Positions 45,691-57,474 of a stretch of 64,000 bases of DNA are shown here, piece by piece; position 1 is the stretch's first letter, and each line of letters starts with the position of its first letter. The DNA is from Eledone cirrhosa. Lineage: Eukaryota. The translations under genes were made by a program, and so were the position numbers. The stretch is taken from contig OZ024758.1 of assembly GCA_964016885.1 (NCBI GenBank), positions 9,424,001-9,488,000 on the forward strand, written 5' to 3'. The notes beneath the pieces are model-generated. The model ran no database searches. It was not told the DNA's origin and saw only the letters and a list, made by a program, of their open reading frames with translations.

Positions 45691-46539
45691 GAATTTCCAT
45701 GGGTATTTGTTATTATCAGTTCAATTTTGACACGTTGTCTACGCATTGTGTAAAGCCTTTCAATATCGAATTTGTTGCCACTTTCAAACAACGAGTTCTT
45801 TCCGTTTACCATTGAGTATTGATTAGACCATTTCAGATTTATTGACTTGTGTTGCATCTGGTCAATGATGACGGTAGTAAATTCCTATTATTCACACTTC
45901 TAAGTTAATCGAGTGCCGAGATTCGAAGCTATTTTTAACTTTTCAAGCCGTTGAATTTATATAGAATTTGCTAGGAGGTATTCTACTATGTAGTCGCGTA
46001 ACGTCAATAATTGCAAAATGTATGTCGTAATAGCGGTGGCTCACATAGGCTCTGCAAAACAATACAACTCTAAAATGGTAATTTCCGCTGATGAGGCCCC
46101 TTCTGATCCCCTTGCGCATGCAATTGCTGTAAATATGAGTTAAAGTGGATGTGACAGAAACTGCCTACAGTCTAGTTTCGATCTTTGTCTACATCCTTCA
46201 CAATCCACGAAACTAAAAACTTTATATACTTATCGAATGTGAGCTATTTAACTACCTCATAAGCACAAAAATTATGTAAACTAACAGTTTCAGCTCACTA
46301 ATTCTGCCATATTTGATTCGTATATAATGCACTTAGCCACGCATTTCTTCATGGATTGTAGAAGGTGTAAATAGCTCTTGATAAAGATATCAATAAAGAT
46401 CGAAACTTGGACCAAACCGTTAATCTTTTTCCATCTACAGAGAAATACAAGTTGTATGTGTTTACATACACATGTTTCGCAGTTTTGCTTAAAACCTATA
46501 CTGTTTGTGTACAGATATGAATATAGGAAAAAGAATATG

Positions 46540-46760
46540 GGAAAAAGAAGTTGAAAATGTAATTGGAGTCTTTAAAAAGGTTTATTTACAATAATTTATA
46601 CCTTTACCGGTTTCACAAGTTTCATGATTTGCAAAGTTTAAGGGAGATGAAAAGATGTTTGGCTACGCCAACTTGTGAAAACTGTAAAAGCGGTAAAGTT
46701 ATAAATTATTGTAAATAAACCTTTTTAAAGACTCCAATTGCATTTTCAACTTCTTTTTCC
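46540..46760. mobile_element. Inverted repeat pair (arms of 60-80 bp), Penelope-like terminus
   Basis: 46540-46600 is the reverse complement of 46700-46760. The inner CCTTTACCGGTTTC motif is shared with 25340-25445, whose minus strand reads CUU-UUGAAAA-GCAGAAGAACUGC-GAAAC-CGGUA-AAG (hammerhead-like with a variant core). Confidence 0.55.
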
Positions 46761-46761
46761 T

Positions 46762-46793
<32 letters not shown>

Positions 46794-47074
46794 ACACGCA
46801 CGCCCCCCCCACACACACGTACATACATACATACATACATACATACATACATCTATGTGTGTGTAGATCAGTAAAAATCTTCGTCACACTGTCTACGACC
46901 AGGTCGCAAAGAGCGCGACAAAATTTTGACACAAAAAAATGATAAATGTAAAGTGGAATTAACTGTTTAATGTACTTGTGAACGGCTACATTGACTCTTC
47001 AGAGCTGTTATTGCTTTAGTTTTAACACAGTCTCACATCAAAGCACATGCCACACAAGTACACTATATATGTAT

Positions 47075-47440
47075 GCATGTTTTCTCTTTCTCTTAATTTC
47101 GAGTATATTTTTTACCGGCCACCTTCCTGGTGGCAAGGTTGTAAAAGAAAAGAAATTGTCATCCCTTGAATCGCAAGAATGTTTTGCAAATTTTGAAGGT
47201 GCCAGCTATCGCAGCCATTTGTAGACTATGAATTAGGGAGCTGCGCTTTTTGTCCGCAAATCCAAGTTCAGTCATACTTTGGTCCAAGCGGGTTGGTATA
47301 TAACCCGTAGCTCCAATAATAATGGGTATGAAGCTAAAGGTGTATCTTGGATACTGGATTTGTAAACTCCTCATCAATGGTCCGTAGATGTCCTCCTTCT
47401 CCTGTATTTTTCTGACAACGTTTACATCAAGTGGGCAGCT
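47075..47440 (-). mobile_element. 5'-truncated R4/Dong-clade LINE (restriction-like endonuclease C-terminus plus 3' UTR)
   Basis: Open frame SCPLDVNVVRKIQEKEDIYGPLMRSLQIQYPRYTFSFIPIIIGATGYIP...LQMAAIAGTFKICKTFLRF fits the CPxDxN..EK...Y..L....PIIIGAxG C-terminus of R4/Dong elements. Confidence 0.75.
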
Positions 47441-47520
47441 GTATGTATGTATGTATGTATGTATGTATGTATGTATGTATGTATGTATGTATGTATGTAT
47501 GTATGTATGTATGTATGTAT

Positions 47521-48056
47521 GTCGGGTCACTCTTGAGTGCTACTGGTAAGATGTAACCCAGTACAACCTGTCGCATGGTCGGGTCGTCGGCGACTAAACC
47601 GGCAACCCCACCAAGTTTACTTGGTGAGGAGGGTGATTTTGGACATCCTGCAGGACAAAAACCAAAATCTGACAATGGGCGGAAGAACTCATAAGAGTCA
47701 ACAGCCATCCAAAAGTGTGTAAATATGTATATACACATGTACTGCGCGGTTAAACCACTGGGAGTGAAGACCCCTAGTTTTTGTCAGGGCATTCTTCTGG
47801 GAGAAGGCAACTCAGGAAACTGGGATAACTCCGACATAAAACCTGCGGCTCTGTAGTAACCGATGATGTTGATCTTTGCTTCTTTTCGGGTTATAGCTAC
47901 TGTCGCTCAGAGAGTGGGATTGGCTCAGTGCACAGTCTTTCCTAATTTTAAAAAATCTTCACACACAGGCATTGCACGTTAGCATTAATTAATAATTATT
48001 AATAATGTTATATCGTGCAATGGCCACACTCGATAACGAGGGGGTAGCCAGCCTTC
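47521..48056 (+). mobile_element. Non-autonomous RTE-derived element, subfamily A
   Basis: Same 5' leader as 48128. Its 3' end TGGCCACACTCGATAACGAG..AGCC resembles TGGCCGTACTCGAAAACGAG..AGCC. (ATGT)n on both sides. Confidence 0.65.
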
Positions 48057-48127
48057 GTGTATGTATGTAATGTATGTATGTATGTATGTATGTATGTATG
48101 TATGTATGTATGTATGTATGTATGTAT

Positions 48128-48763
48128 GTCAGGTCACCAGTTGGTGCTACTGGTAACATGTATCCCAGTACAACCTGTCTCATGGTCGGGTCGTTGGCGA
48201 CTAAACTGGCAACCCCACCAAGGTTTCTTGGTGAGGAGGGTGACTTTGGACATCCTGCAGGACTAAAAACAAAACCTGTCAAAGGGCAAAGGAGCTCTTA
48301 AGAGTCAATGGCCATCCAAAATCACCGGGAGAGATGACCCCTTAGCCTTTGTCAAGGCAGAATTCTAGGAGAAGGAAAACTCTGATATAACACCTGCAAC
48401 CCTGATGGTATCCAATGATGTTGACTTGTTCTTCTTTTTGGTAAATATCATCTTGGTTAAGAGAGTGGGACTGGCTTTGTGCAGTGCCTTTGCTCACTAT
48501 AAAAGCTTCACGGCACAGGCATTGCTTTATATCTGGAGATCTCTCTGCACTTGTCCTCACATGGGCCCAGCACTATGTGTCAATGGTTGTCCTACCATGG
48601 GCCCAGCACTATGTGTCAATGGTTGTCACAGGTGTAGTGTTTGTACCAGAGGTTTCAAGTCGCTGGCTGGACTAAAAAGTCACACTCGTTCAGCGCTTCG
48701 GTAGGGGTTATCCTACATGGATGTAAAGTAGTGGCCGTACTCGAAAACGAGTTGGCAGCCACC
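48128..48763 (+). mobile_element. Non-autonomous (internally deleted) RTE-derived element, subfamily B, apparently full length
   Basis: Structured 5' leader joined to a 3' end encoding CSVCTRGFKSLAGLKSH (C2H2-like C-terminus typical of RTE ORFs), followed by an (ATGT)n tail. Highly similar truncated copies at 53875-54252(-) and 28648-28724(-). Confidence 0.7.
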
Positions 48764-49098
48764 ATGTATGTATGTATGTATGTATGTATGTATGTATGTA
48801 TGCATTTAAACATATAAATTTGTCAGATATATACTATATGAAGTTTATGTCCATTATACATTTGATAAATACACAAACTAACATATACACATATATACAC
48901 ATAATTATCACCATATATACATAACATATACACATATATACACATAATTAGCACCATATATTCACTATATATATACACACATATATATATATATACACCC
49001 ATTATAAATAATTCATAATTTGTTTGAAAGAGATAAACATCAAGTTTTGTTCTTCGTCTTTTAAAGTTATATTATGGGAACTAGTTATGGCTGTGTGT

Positions 49099-49158
<60 letters not shown>

Positions 49159-49213
49159 AATTTCTATACTTTTCATTTATATATATATATATATATATAT
49201 ATATCTATCTATC

Positions 49214-49249
<36 letters not shown>

Positions 49250-49504
49250 ATTGTATTCACAATCTCGAGGTTGTGAGTTCGATTCCCGGACTGGGCGATG
49301 CGTTATGTCCTTGAGCAAGACACTTTATTTCACGTTGCTCCTTCTACCTGGAGTTGCGACCGATAGATAGTATTAGCAACTGGAAAGACCAACGGAAACA
49401 TTGTTTCCTCGGTCCTATTTGACGAAAGTCAATCGATCCTTAAATATATATATATATATTTGTAATCTATGTACACACATATACATACACATATATTATA
49501 TATA

Positions 49505-49933
49505 ATAAGTGTTTCTACTGTTGGCACAAGGCCAGCATTTACCAGTGTATTACTGGTACTATATTTTATCGACTCCGATATATATTATATATAATAATTG
49601 TTTCTACTGTTGGCACAAGGCCAGCAAACTACCCAGTACATTACTGGTACTTTATTTTATCGACCCCGTAAGGATGAAAGGCAAAGTTAACCTCGGCGGG
49701 ATTTGAACTCAGAATGGCAAGGGCCGTAACTCTATGCGTCAAAGCATGGAGTCTTATCTTCTACCGATACTGCCAATCCTCATGCTTTCTAGCATAGTTA
49801 CGTCCCTTTACGGTCTGAGTTCAAATCCCGTCGAGGTTAACTTTGCCTTTCATCCTTACGGGGTCGATAAAATAAAGTACCAGTAATGTACTGGGTAATT
49901 GCTGGCCTTGTGCCAATAGTAGAAACAATTATT
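49505..49933. mobile_element. Divergent (head-to-head) SINE family 1 pair plus a duplicated tail
   Basis: The minus copy 49597-49778 abuts the plus copy 49781-49933, with an extra minus tail at 49505-49575. Confidence 0.88.
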
Positions 49934-50782
49934 TCATAAAGTTTCACCAATAGAGAAACAAGACTCTTTCATTGAAATTTAGACATCAGCTAGGTAAATA
50001 CGTATATCTGTGTGTGTTTGTATGTGTATGTGTGTGTTTGTATGTGTATGTGTGTGTTTGTATGTGTGTGTTTGTATGTGTATGTGTGTGTTTGTATGTG
50101 TATGTGTGTGTTTGTATGTGTATGTGTGTGTTTGTATGTGTATGTGTGTGTTTGTATGTGTGTGTTTGTGTGTGTATGTGTGTGAAGGTATAGTTGTTAT
50201 TGTATGTGTGGATCTGCATGATTTGAGTTATGTATTTGTATACGTGCATATGTTTCTGTGTCTACGCATGTGTATATACAGTTATTATGCGTATGCATAT
50301 ATATATATGTCATTGTGTGAATATGTGCGCGTATCTGTCTGCTTTTCAAAGTGTGTGAGTTTGTGTGTGTGTATGCGTGTGTGTGTGTGTATGCGTGTGT
50401 TTCGCAGGTCATTTGATGGCACAGACTATGACTATTAGATGTTGCCTAACTGTTTCCTCCTCGTTATCGAAAGGCCTGATGACTTCTCCAGCAATTCTTT
50501 ATCCCCAACAGTATCATCAGCAGTATAAAAACGATAGAGGTTTGATTAAGATGGAACTCACTGACACCACAGCTGAAATCTCATCAATCGTGTTGCTGCT
50601 GGTTTTTAGTTGAACAGAAGAGAACATACGATGTAGTAGTAGAATTAAACTTTGTCTGATACGATGGAGTAATCGAGGAAATTAAGCGGTGGCACGTCTT
50701 TCATAACGGTACTTATTAAGTGTGTGTGTATATGTGACAAACGAACGAGTATCCTCCACCTTCATCTAACTTACCTTTCACC

Positions 50783-51070
50783 TCTTGGTCCCAGCCGACA
50801 GGATGGAGAATACATTGACCCCCGGAGGACGGCGAGGGAGACGTGGTGGAACAGTCACTCTACCTTGTTGGGCTTGCGTCTGCGGGCAACCAGATTCGCT
50901 CTGATAGCAGAGTGTAAGGATATGGTCCGGGGTGCTACAGGCTCGACTACAAAGCTATCAGGGAGTGGTCGATACTTGGACAATTTTTTCCTCTTCGACT
51001 TGGCGGACAGCAGAGCCGGGGCTGGTAGCCGAACGCACCATGTTGTCACTAGAGCAGGCCTCAACCACAT
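50783..51070 (-). pseudogene. Degenerate CRE-clade LINE 3' end
   Basis: Minus strand KKLSKYRPLPDSFVVEPVA..PRTISL..AI.ANLVARRRKP..VE*LFHHVSLAVLRG, then frameshifted NVFSILSAGTKR. Confidence 0.7.
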
Positions 51071-51428
51071 CCATATTTCTAGTTAAAGCTTTAATGATTT
51101 AAAAAAAAAAATAAATGTTGTTTCGTGTTGTCGTACACGTCGACGTGTTTACATACATGGCCCGGTTTAAGACTACTGCCTGGCCCTTGAGTATGTTTAA
51201 CGGACTTCACTCTCTTGTAAGATTTCCGTTTGAGAATGCTCCCCATCCCTTTATCCCAGTTGCTCCAAAGTACCCGCAAAGCACTACCATTCTTCCTTTG
51301 ACTAAATACTAAAAAAAATAAAAATAAAAATTAAAAGAAAAAACTTCCTATTCAATCCTTTTCCAATTTTGGAGATGTGAACGCTGTGGGCGATCTCCCA
51401 CGACCTTTCTAACAGTGCAATACAGCCA

Positions 51429-51490
<62 letters not shown>

Positions 51491-52057
51491 AGGAACAGAA
51501 AGAATTTCAATGCTCACTTCCTTAAATATGTTAACACTTACTTAACTGCTTGTCTTATTATACAGATGGCGTCTACGAATTATTTATTCTGTAAACAATT
51601 CTATTTTCCTACTCCAGTCGATGTATAATCTTGTACATTTGTTTAACCCTTTTGATATCAACCCGCCTGAAACTGCACCTGGTTTTCCCATACACACTAT
51701 TTACTTCAAAGTGTTTATATTTACCCAAAAATTCTTCCCTCATACTTTTATTCTTTTATGTAAGACCCTATTTTAAGCTATGTTCCAGTCAACCACTAGC
51801 TTAATAATGAGCAAATTAGATATATTACTAAATACTTTCCGATAATTTATTTGAAAATCATAAGTAGTGTTTTACATTAGAAATATGTTAACAAAAGAGT
51901 GAATAACTCTTCCAGCATTACTTTGGCATATAATGTGAAGACAATGCTTCACTGATGACATCATATCAAGACAGTCTTTTCTAATATAATTAAATTAATA
52001 TTAGTCATTGACTAATGTCATTTATTACCACATTGTTTAAATATCTATACTAAACCT

Positions 52058-52243
52058 TGTGGATTGGCAGTATCGGTAGAGGGTCGGATGCCATACTTTC
52101 CTGCATAGTTACGGCCCTTTATGATCTGAGTTCAAATCCCGCTGAGGTTAACTTTGCCTTTCATCCTTACGGGGTCGATAAAATAAAGTACCAGTAATGC
52201 ACTGGGTAATTGCTGGCCTTCTGCCAAAAAGTAGAAACAATTA
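52058..52243 (+). mobile_element. SINE family 1, full length
   Basis: Colinear with 17947-18135. Confidence 0.9.
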
Positions 52244-52359
52244 TAGTAATAACATCAAATATAGTAACACTAACTTAACTATTGCTTTAGGTTTGATGGC
52301 GTCCCTGGGTTATATATTTTCTAAACAGCTAGAGACTAGATATTTCTTACTGCTACCAA

Positions 52360-52600
52360 CCTAGATTAGTTGACATTGGAAAGATGGCGGCCTCGTGAGG
52401 TGGGGTGGCAGCGGGTGTCTATGGCCATTCTCTGCAGTAACGTGTTTGCCGATTTGATTGCTAGGCGCAGCTGAAGCACCATACAGGCTGGAGGGAGTGA
52501 CTGGTGCAACCCCGCCTCTCTCCTTTTCTTTCGCTGCTTGATCCTTGATGCTTTGGGACTCTGTGCCCATGACACTCGCAGGAATAAGGGGAAGGAGAAG
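52360..52600 (+). pseudogene. Degenerate CRE-clade LINE terminal fragment
   Basis: Plus strand PREVGW-QRVSMAILCSNVFA matches the QRxSxAxxRGN motif and the copy at 50783. Confidence 0.5.
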
Positions 52601-52771
52601 AAAGAGAAGAAGAAGAAGGAGAAGACCAACATCCTGTGACACTAACTTTGATATATTGGCGTATAGAAACACACACATACATATACATAATGGCTTTCTA
52701 TAATGGGCGGAAAACACATACATACACACACATACACACACACATACACAGGCATATACTCCCACACATAC

Positions 52772-52807
<36 letters not shown>

Positions 52808-52976
52808 TTACATATACACATACACAGGCATATACTCTTACACATACACACATACACACGCTTACACCCCTGCACTCATGAGTTATATCGTATTGTGACA
52901 GCACTTGTTAGTAACGGACTCTCATCTGACTTATTTGACACCAATTTCATTTGTTGACACACACACAATTCCTTTG

Positions 52977-53009
<33 letters not shown>

Positions 53010-53014
<5 letters not shown>

Positions 53015-53234
53015 GATTTCAGTTCCTAAGAGAAATAACAACACAACCAGGAGCTGGACATATCGGTGGATTGACGGAGTAAAACACACTTCAACAACAT
53101 GTGTACCTGTCTTTCCCACACCAATTCGGACTGCCTGAAGAGGTCACAGCCAATGATGGCTGTCACCGAAATATATATAGCAGTATATCTATAATTTGTA
53201 GTAAACGAAGCCAAATTTTACATATTTGACATAA

Positions 53235-53240
<6 letters not shown>
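53010..53240 (+). mobile_element. Short Penelope-like element with canonical minimal hammerhead ribozyme (53130-53184)
   Basis: ACTGC-CTGAAGA-GGTCACAGCCA-ATGA-TGGCTGTCACC-GAAA-TATATATA-GCAGT gives an intact CUGANGA/GAAA/UH core. (TA)n on both sides. Confidence 0.82.
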
Positions 53241-53276
<36 letters not shown>

Positions 53277-53874
53277 TAAAGTGGTCCTTCATCAGTGATC
53301 TTCCAACCATCATCGGTATTTCTTCGCTTTAAAGACCATATACCTCCGGTTGGTGCGAGCAACGGCTAAAGAAAGTCGTTGGGACACGTAAATAAAGGGA
53401 ACAGCGAGAGTGTAAACAAACAAAGATGGTGAAGCAACGAAAAGTTTTATATATATGTATATATATAAATGGAAGTACAGCATATTCGAAGCCAGAGCCT
53501 CAGCCAAGCCGCCGAATGCTTTCAGCAGTGCAGCCAAGCACTCGACAAGGTATAGGACCTCAGAGTAATAACATACAGTTTAAAGGGCTTTGCAAAATGA
53601 AGACAGCGACCGGTAATTTGGCCGGGGTCCGTAGCTACGAAAGAACTGACTCGTGAGAAAAAAAAATTCATATACATATATATAAATATACACATATACA
53701 CATATATACATATATATTTATATATATATTTTAGTGTAACTATATAAATATGCTAGTATATATATATATATATATATATATACAGTATATGCATATATAT
53801 ATTAATGCGTACATTCATACCTATAAACACAAAAAATACATAATACATACATACATACATACATACATCCATAC

Positions 53875-54252
53875 ATGGTGGCTGCCAACTCGTTTTCGAG
53901 TACGGCCACTACTTTATATCCATGTAGGAGAACCCCTACCGATGCGCTGAACGAGTGTGACTTTTTAGTCCAGCCAGCAACTTGAAAACTCTGGTACAGA
54001 CACTACACTTGTGACAATTATTGACACATAGTGCTGGGCCCATGGTACCATGTGACGACAAGTGCAGAGAGATCTCCAGATATAAAGCAATACCTGTGCC
54101 GTGAAGCTTTTATAGTGAGCAAAGGCACTGCACAAAGCCAGTCCCACTCTTTTAACCAAGATGATATTTACCAAAAAGAAGAACAAGTCAACATCATTGG
54201 ATACCATCAGGGTTGCAGGTGTTATATCAGAGTTTTCCTTCTCCTAGAATTC
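53875..54252 (-). mobile_element. 5'-truncated copy of the RTE-derived element in (CATA)n
   Basis: Reverse complement of 48361-48763, with (CATA)n on both sides. Confidence 0.85.
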
Positions 54253-54597
54253 ATACATACACATACACACACACATACATACATACATACATACATACAT
54301 ACATACATACACACATACATACATACATACATATTGGAAGAATTAATATTTAATGTCTCGTTGAACCAATAATATGTGAATATAACTGAACGACGGTTCC
54401 TGGTATTTATGAAACCAAAAGCAATGTGTGTATTCCCACTGGATGGGGCTGTGTCGAAACATATGTCACGGATGATTCAAGAGGTATTCCCAACAGAGGA
54501 TATATTGTCCGTATCCATGGAAACGTGTCGCATACACTTAGTAATATGAAGATGATGGCGATATCACAGTCTATGCCGCCGTTGGCGTCGTTGTCAA

Positions 54598-54650
54598 TAA
54601 CATCATCATCATCATCATCATCATCGTCGTCAACGTTGAAGTCTTTGCCG

Positions 54651-54684
<34 letters not shown>

Positions 54685-55158
54685 AGTCGTCATCATCGTC
54701 ATCGTTGAAGCCTTTGCCGTCATCGCCATCGTCATCATCATCATCGTCATAGTCGTCAACGTTGAAGTCTTTGCCGCCATCATCATCATCATCATCATCA
54801 TCGTCATAGTCGTCAACGTTGAAGTCTTTGCCGTCATCATCATCATCATCATCATCATCGTCGTAGTCGTCAACGTTGAAGTCTTTGCCGTCATCATCAT
54901 CGTCGAAGCCTTTGCCGTCATCGCCATCGTCACCGTCATCGTTGAAGTCTTTGCCGTCATCGCCATCATCATCATCATCGTCATCGTCATCGTTGAAGCC
55001 TTTGCCGTCATCGCCATCGTCATCGTCATCGTTGAAGTCTTTGCCGTCATCGTCATCATCATCATCGTCGTCGTCATCGTCATCGTTGAAGCCTTTGCCG
55101 TCATCGCCATCACCATCGTCATCGTTGAAGTCTTTGCCGTCATCGCCATCGTCATCGT
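54598..55158. repeat. (CAT)n-derived minisatellite with a recurring GTTGAAG(T/C)CTTTGCCG cassette
   Basis: About 10 cassettes separated by variable CAT/CGT runs. Confidence 0.9.
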
Positions 55159-55159
55159 C

Positions 55160-56130
55160 TGTTTTTGTTAAGTGATCATTTAGCTTGAACACCAAGCTGA
55201 TGCTGTAGTATAGAGAAACGATCCAGCCTCTAAAAATGAAACCGAAATTAAGAATCACGGCCAAGTACTTATGCTTCATCGAAGCTTTAGATTGATACAA
55301 GTGAATCAGATACGAACCGAAGACAGATTTATTACCTACCTTCTTAATCAGGTAACGCATGGAGTGGAGGTTGTCGTGGATAAATCTATGGGAACTGCCG
55401 AAGCGCTTGCTTCCGATGACAAGTATAAACCTCTTTCCCAGGTACCGTAACTAAAATCCTAAATTCTATGTTCAATAGAGATATGAACCAGAAACTGACA
55501 ATGATGCATCCATTGTTCCTGTTAATCCTTAGTAGAGTCCCTACTTCCAAGCTAACACATCCGTGAATTTGTTGCAATAGACATTTTGATGGACATATAT
55601 CAAGAGACGGGTAAACAAGTCCGGTATAAAGTTTGTATGGCAGGACATCCAAGCCAGATCATTGTTTTCCTTCGCACAAAAACTCGACACCGGTTGAATG
55701 TCAGCTACTGTTATCGATTTATCGCAACACTTCACCTTTTCTGCTGATAGCTGTAATTGACTGTTGAGGTAGGCACTATGGTCCATCGTCTCCAATTCAC
55801 CACTGTTCCAAACTGTCGGGCAAAATGCTGCTGGAAAACCGCATTCGTTTCCTTCGAATCAAATAGTACACCACCACCAAGGTCCTGCAAAGATCTAATT
55901 ATAGCTTTGTTACCACATTATGCCTCTGCCATTTGGTCATCCCAACCCAATAAGAACACGAGAATTATCTCTAAAACTTCGTGTTTTGTGTCGAAGAAAT
56001 TATCAAGCGTCATTTTCGTCGCTAGCATGTCAGTCTCGATATCTTTTCTAATTACCTCTACTAATCTGTTCTCTCCTCTAACCTATTGTTCTCTATCCTT
56101 AGTCTGTGTTGTACCTTAACGATTCTACTC
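55160..56130 (-). pseudogene. Degenerate Tx1/L1-clade LINE reverse transcriptase region
   Basis: Frameshifted LPYKLY...GTLLR..ISLLNIEFRIL...RFIHDNLHSMRYLI..LIHLYQSKA..YLAVIL..F.GWI..LY....KLNDHL aligns by eye to the GLPYE/RPITLLN/GRxIxDN/LDQxKAFD motifs of L1/Tx1 RTs. Confidence 0.75.
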
Positions 56131-56514
56131 TAATAATTTTCTCCAGAAGACCCACCACTGAAATGAGTAGCCATAGCAACAGTATTTGCCATACAAGAGC
56201 AGGAAATTACTGTTAGATATATTGAAAATAATATTTACAATTCCTAGAATATAGGCGGGAAATATCACCTATGTGAATCTGCTTACATATCCTTAACCAC
56301 CGAATTTGAATTGCTGCAAGAAAAAATATCTGGCACTCGTGTTTTTCCTATACATTTAAAAATATTCCAATATCTTCCACCTGAATACTGTAATCTGATC
56401 CCGCTTATTGGATTAGTACTGTAACCTACAAGGACCATGTTGAGAAAAATACTTTGGTAAGCAATCTTGTTTTATTTTTGTTTGTACACTTATCTACACA
56501 AACTTTACTTGCAC

Positions 56515-56579
<65 letters not shown>

Positions 56580-57474
56580 CGTTGCTATCTATAAACGTTG
56601 ATCAGAACAATCTAACTAGCGTGTAAATAGCTATCTATGTTGTCACGAACGGAACATACACTTCGCTGTCTGGTCATTGTAGACATATTAAAAAAAGAAA
56701 GAAAATGGCGACATTAAAGCTTGAGAAGAAGCTAGAGAAAACAGAGAATACCGGTGACATTTCATTTAGCAAAAGGTAAAATGCAGGATTTTACCGTCTG
56801 CGGAGTAACCGAGAATCCGTTCCAGTACACAGATGTTTATATAACGGACAATGTTGTGTGTTGTGTGTTGTTGTTGTTGTTGTTAAAGAAATGTTTAAAA
56901 GTTGAAACTCGAAATTGTATGAAAATCAGTTTTTATTTCGTTAAACAGAAAGCCAATAGCAACAACAACAACAACAACAACCAGCCTCACACAAAGTCTC
57001 TACACAACAACAATGATCTATGAGTAGATACATCAGAAACTTTAAGATGTCTCGAAGAATTGGATAATGTAGCGTGAAGACAATGTCGGACAAATATAAA
57101 ATGGAAAGAAAAAAATCTCAAAAGCAAAACAAAAAAGCAAAACAAAACAACAACGTCAAAAAAAACAAAAACAACAACAACAACAACAACAAAGAACCCC
57201 ATAAAAAAACAAGAGAAGAAAGCGACGTATGAGTAAGCTGCATTGAAGTGATTTCATGAGAAAGGAAATTTCTTGATTTAATCAAGTGGTAAAGTTTGAG
57301 CTGTGTACATTATATATAGAAGTCGATCGACATAATCTCAAACCTCATTCGATTACCGAGTGGGGGTGGAACTCGTCAAATTGGACCGAGGAAACAATGT
57401 TTCCAGTGGTTTTTCCATTGTTGATACTATCTACCGCTGGTAAACAAATTTTAACAATGTTTAAAAAAAGATTA

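Noticed and set aside
46085-46175. Hammerhead-like CTGATGA...GAAACTGCCTACAGTC (similar partial cores at 322, 1505, 5795, 37189, 53288)
   Set aside because: Helix I or II cannot be paired by eye; at best these are decayed remnants.
48630-48704. C2H2 zinc-finger gene fragment (cephalopod ZNF expansion)
   Set aside because: Single finger without TGEKP linkers, lying inside a multi-copy retroelement 3' end.
56167-56180. RFX X-box match GTAGCCATAGCAAC
   Set aside because: Isolated match adjoining a LINE relic and SINE-like AAATGAGTA, with no supporting promoter context.
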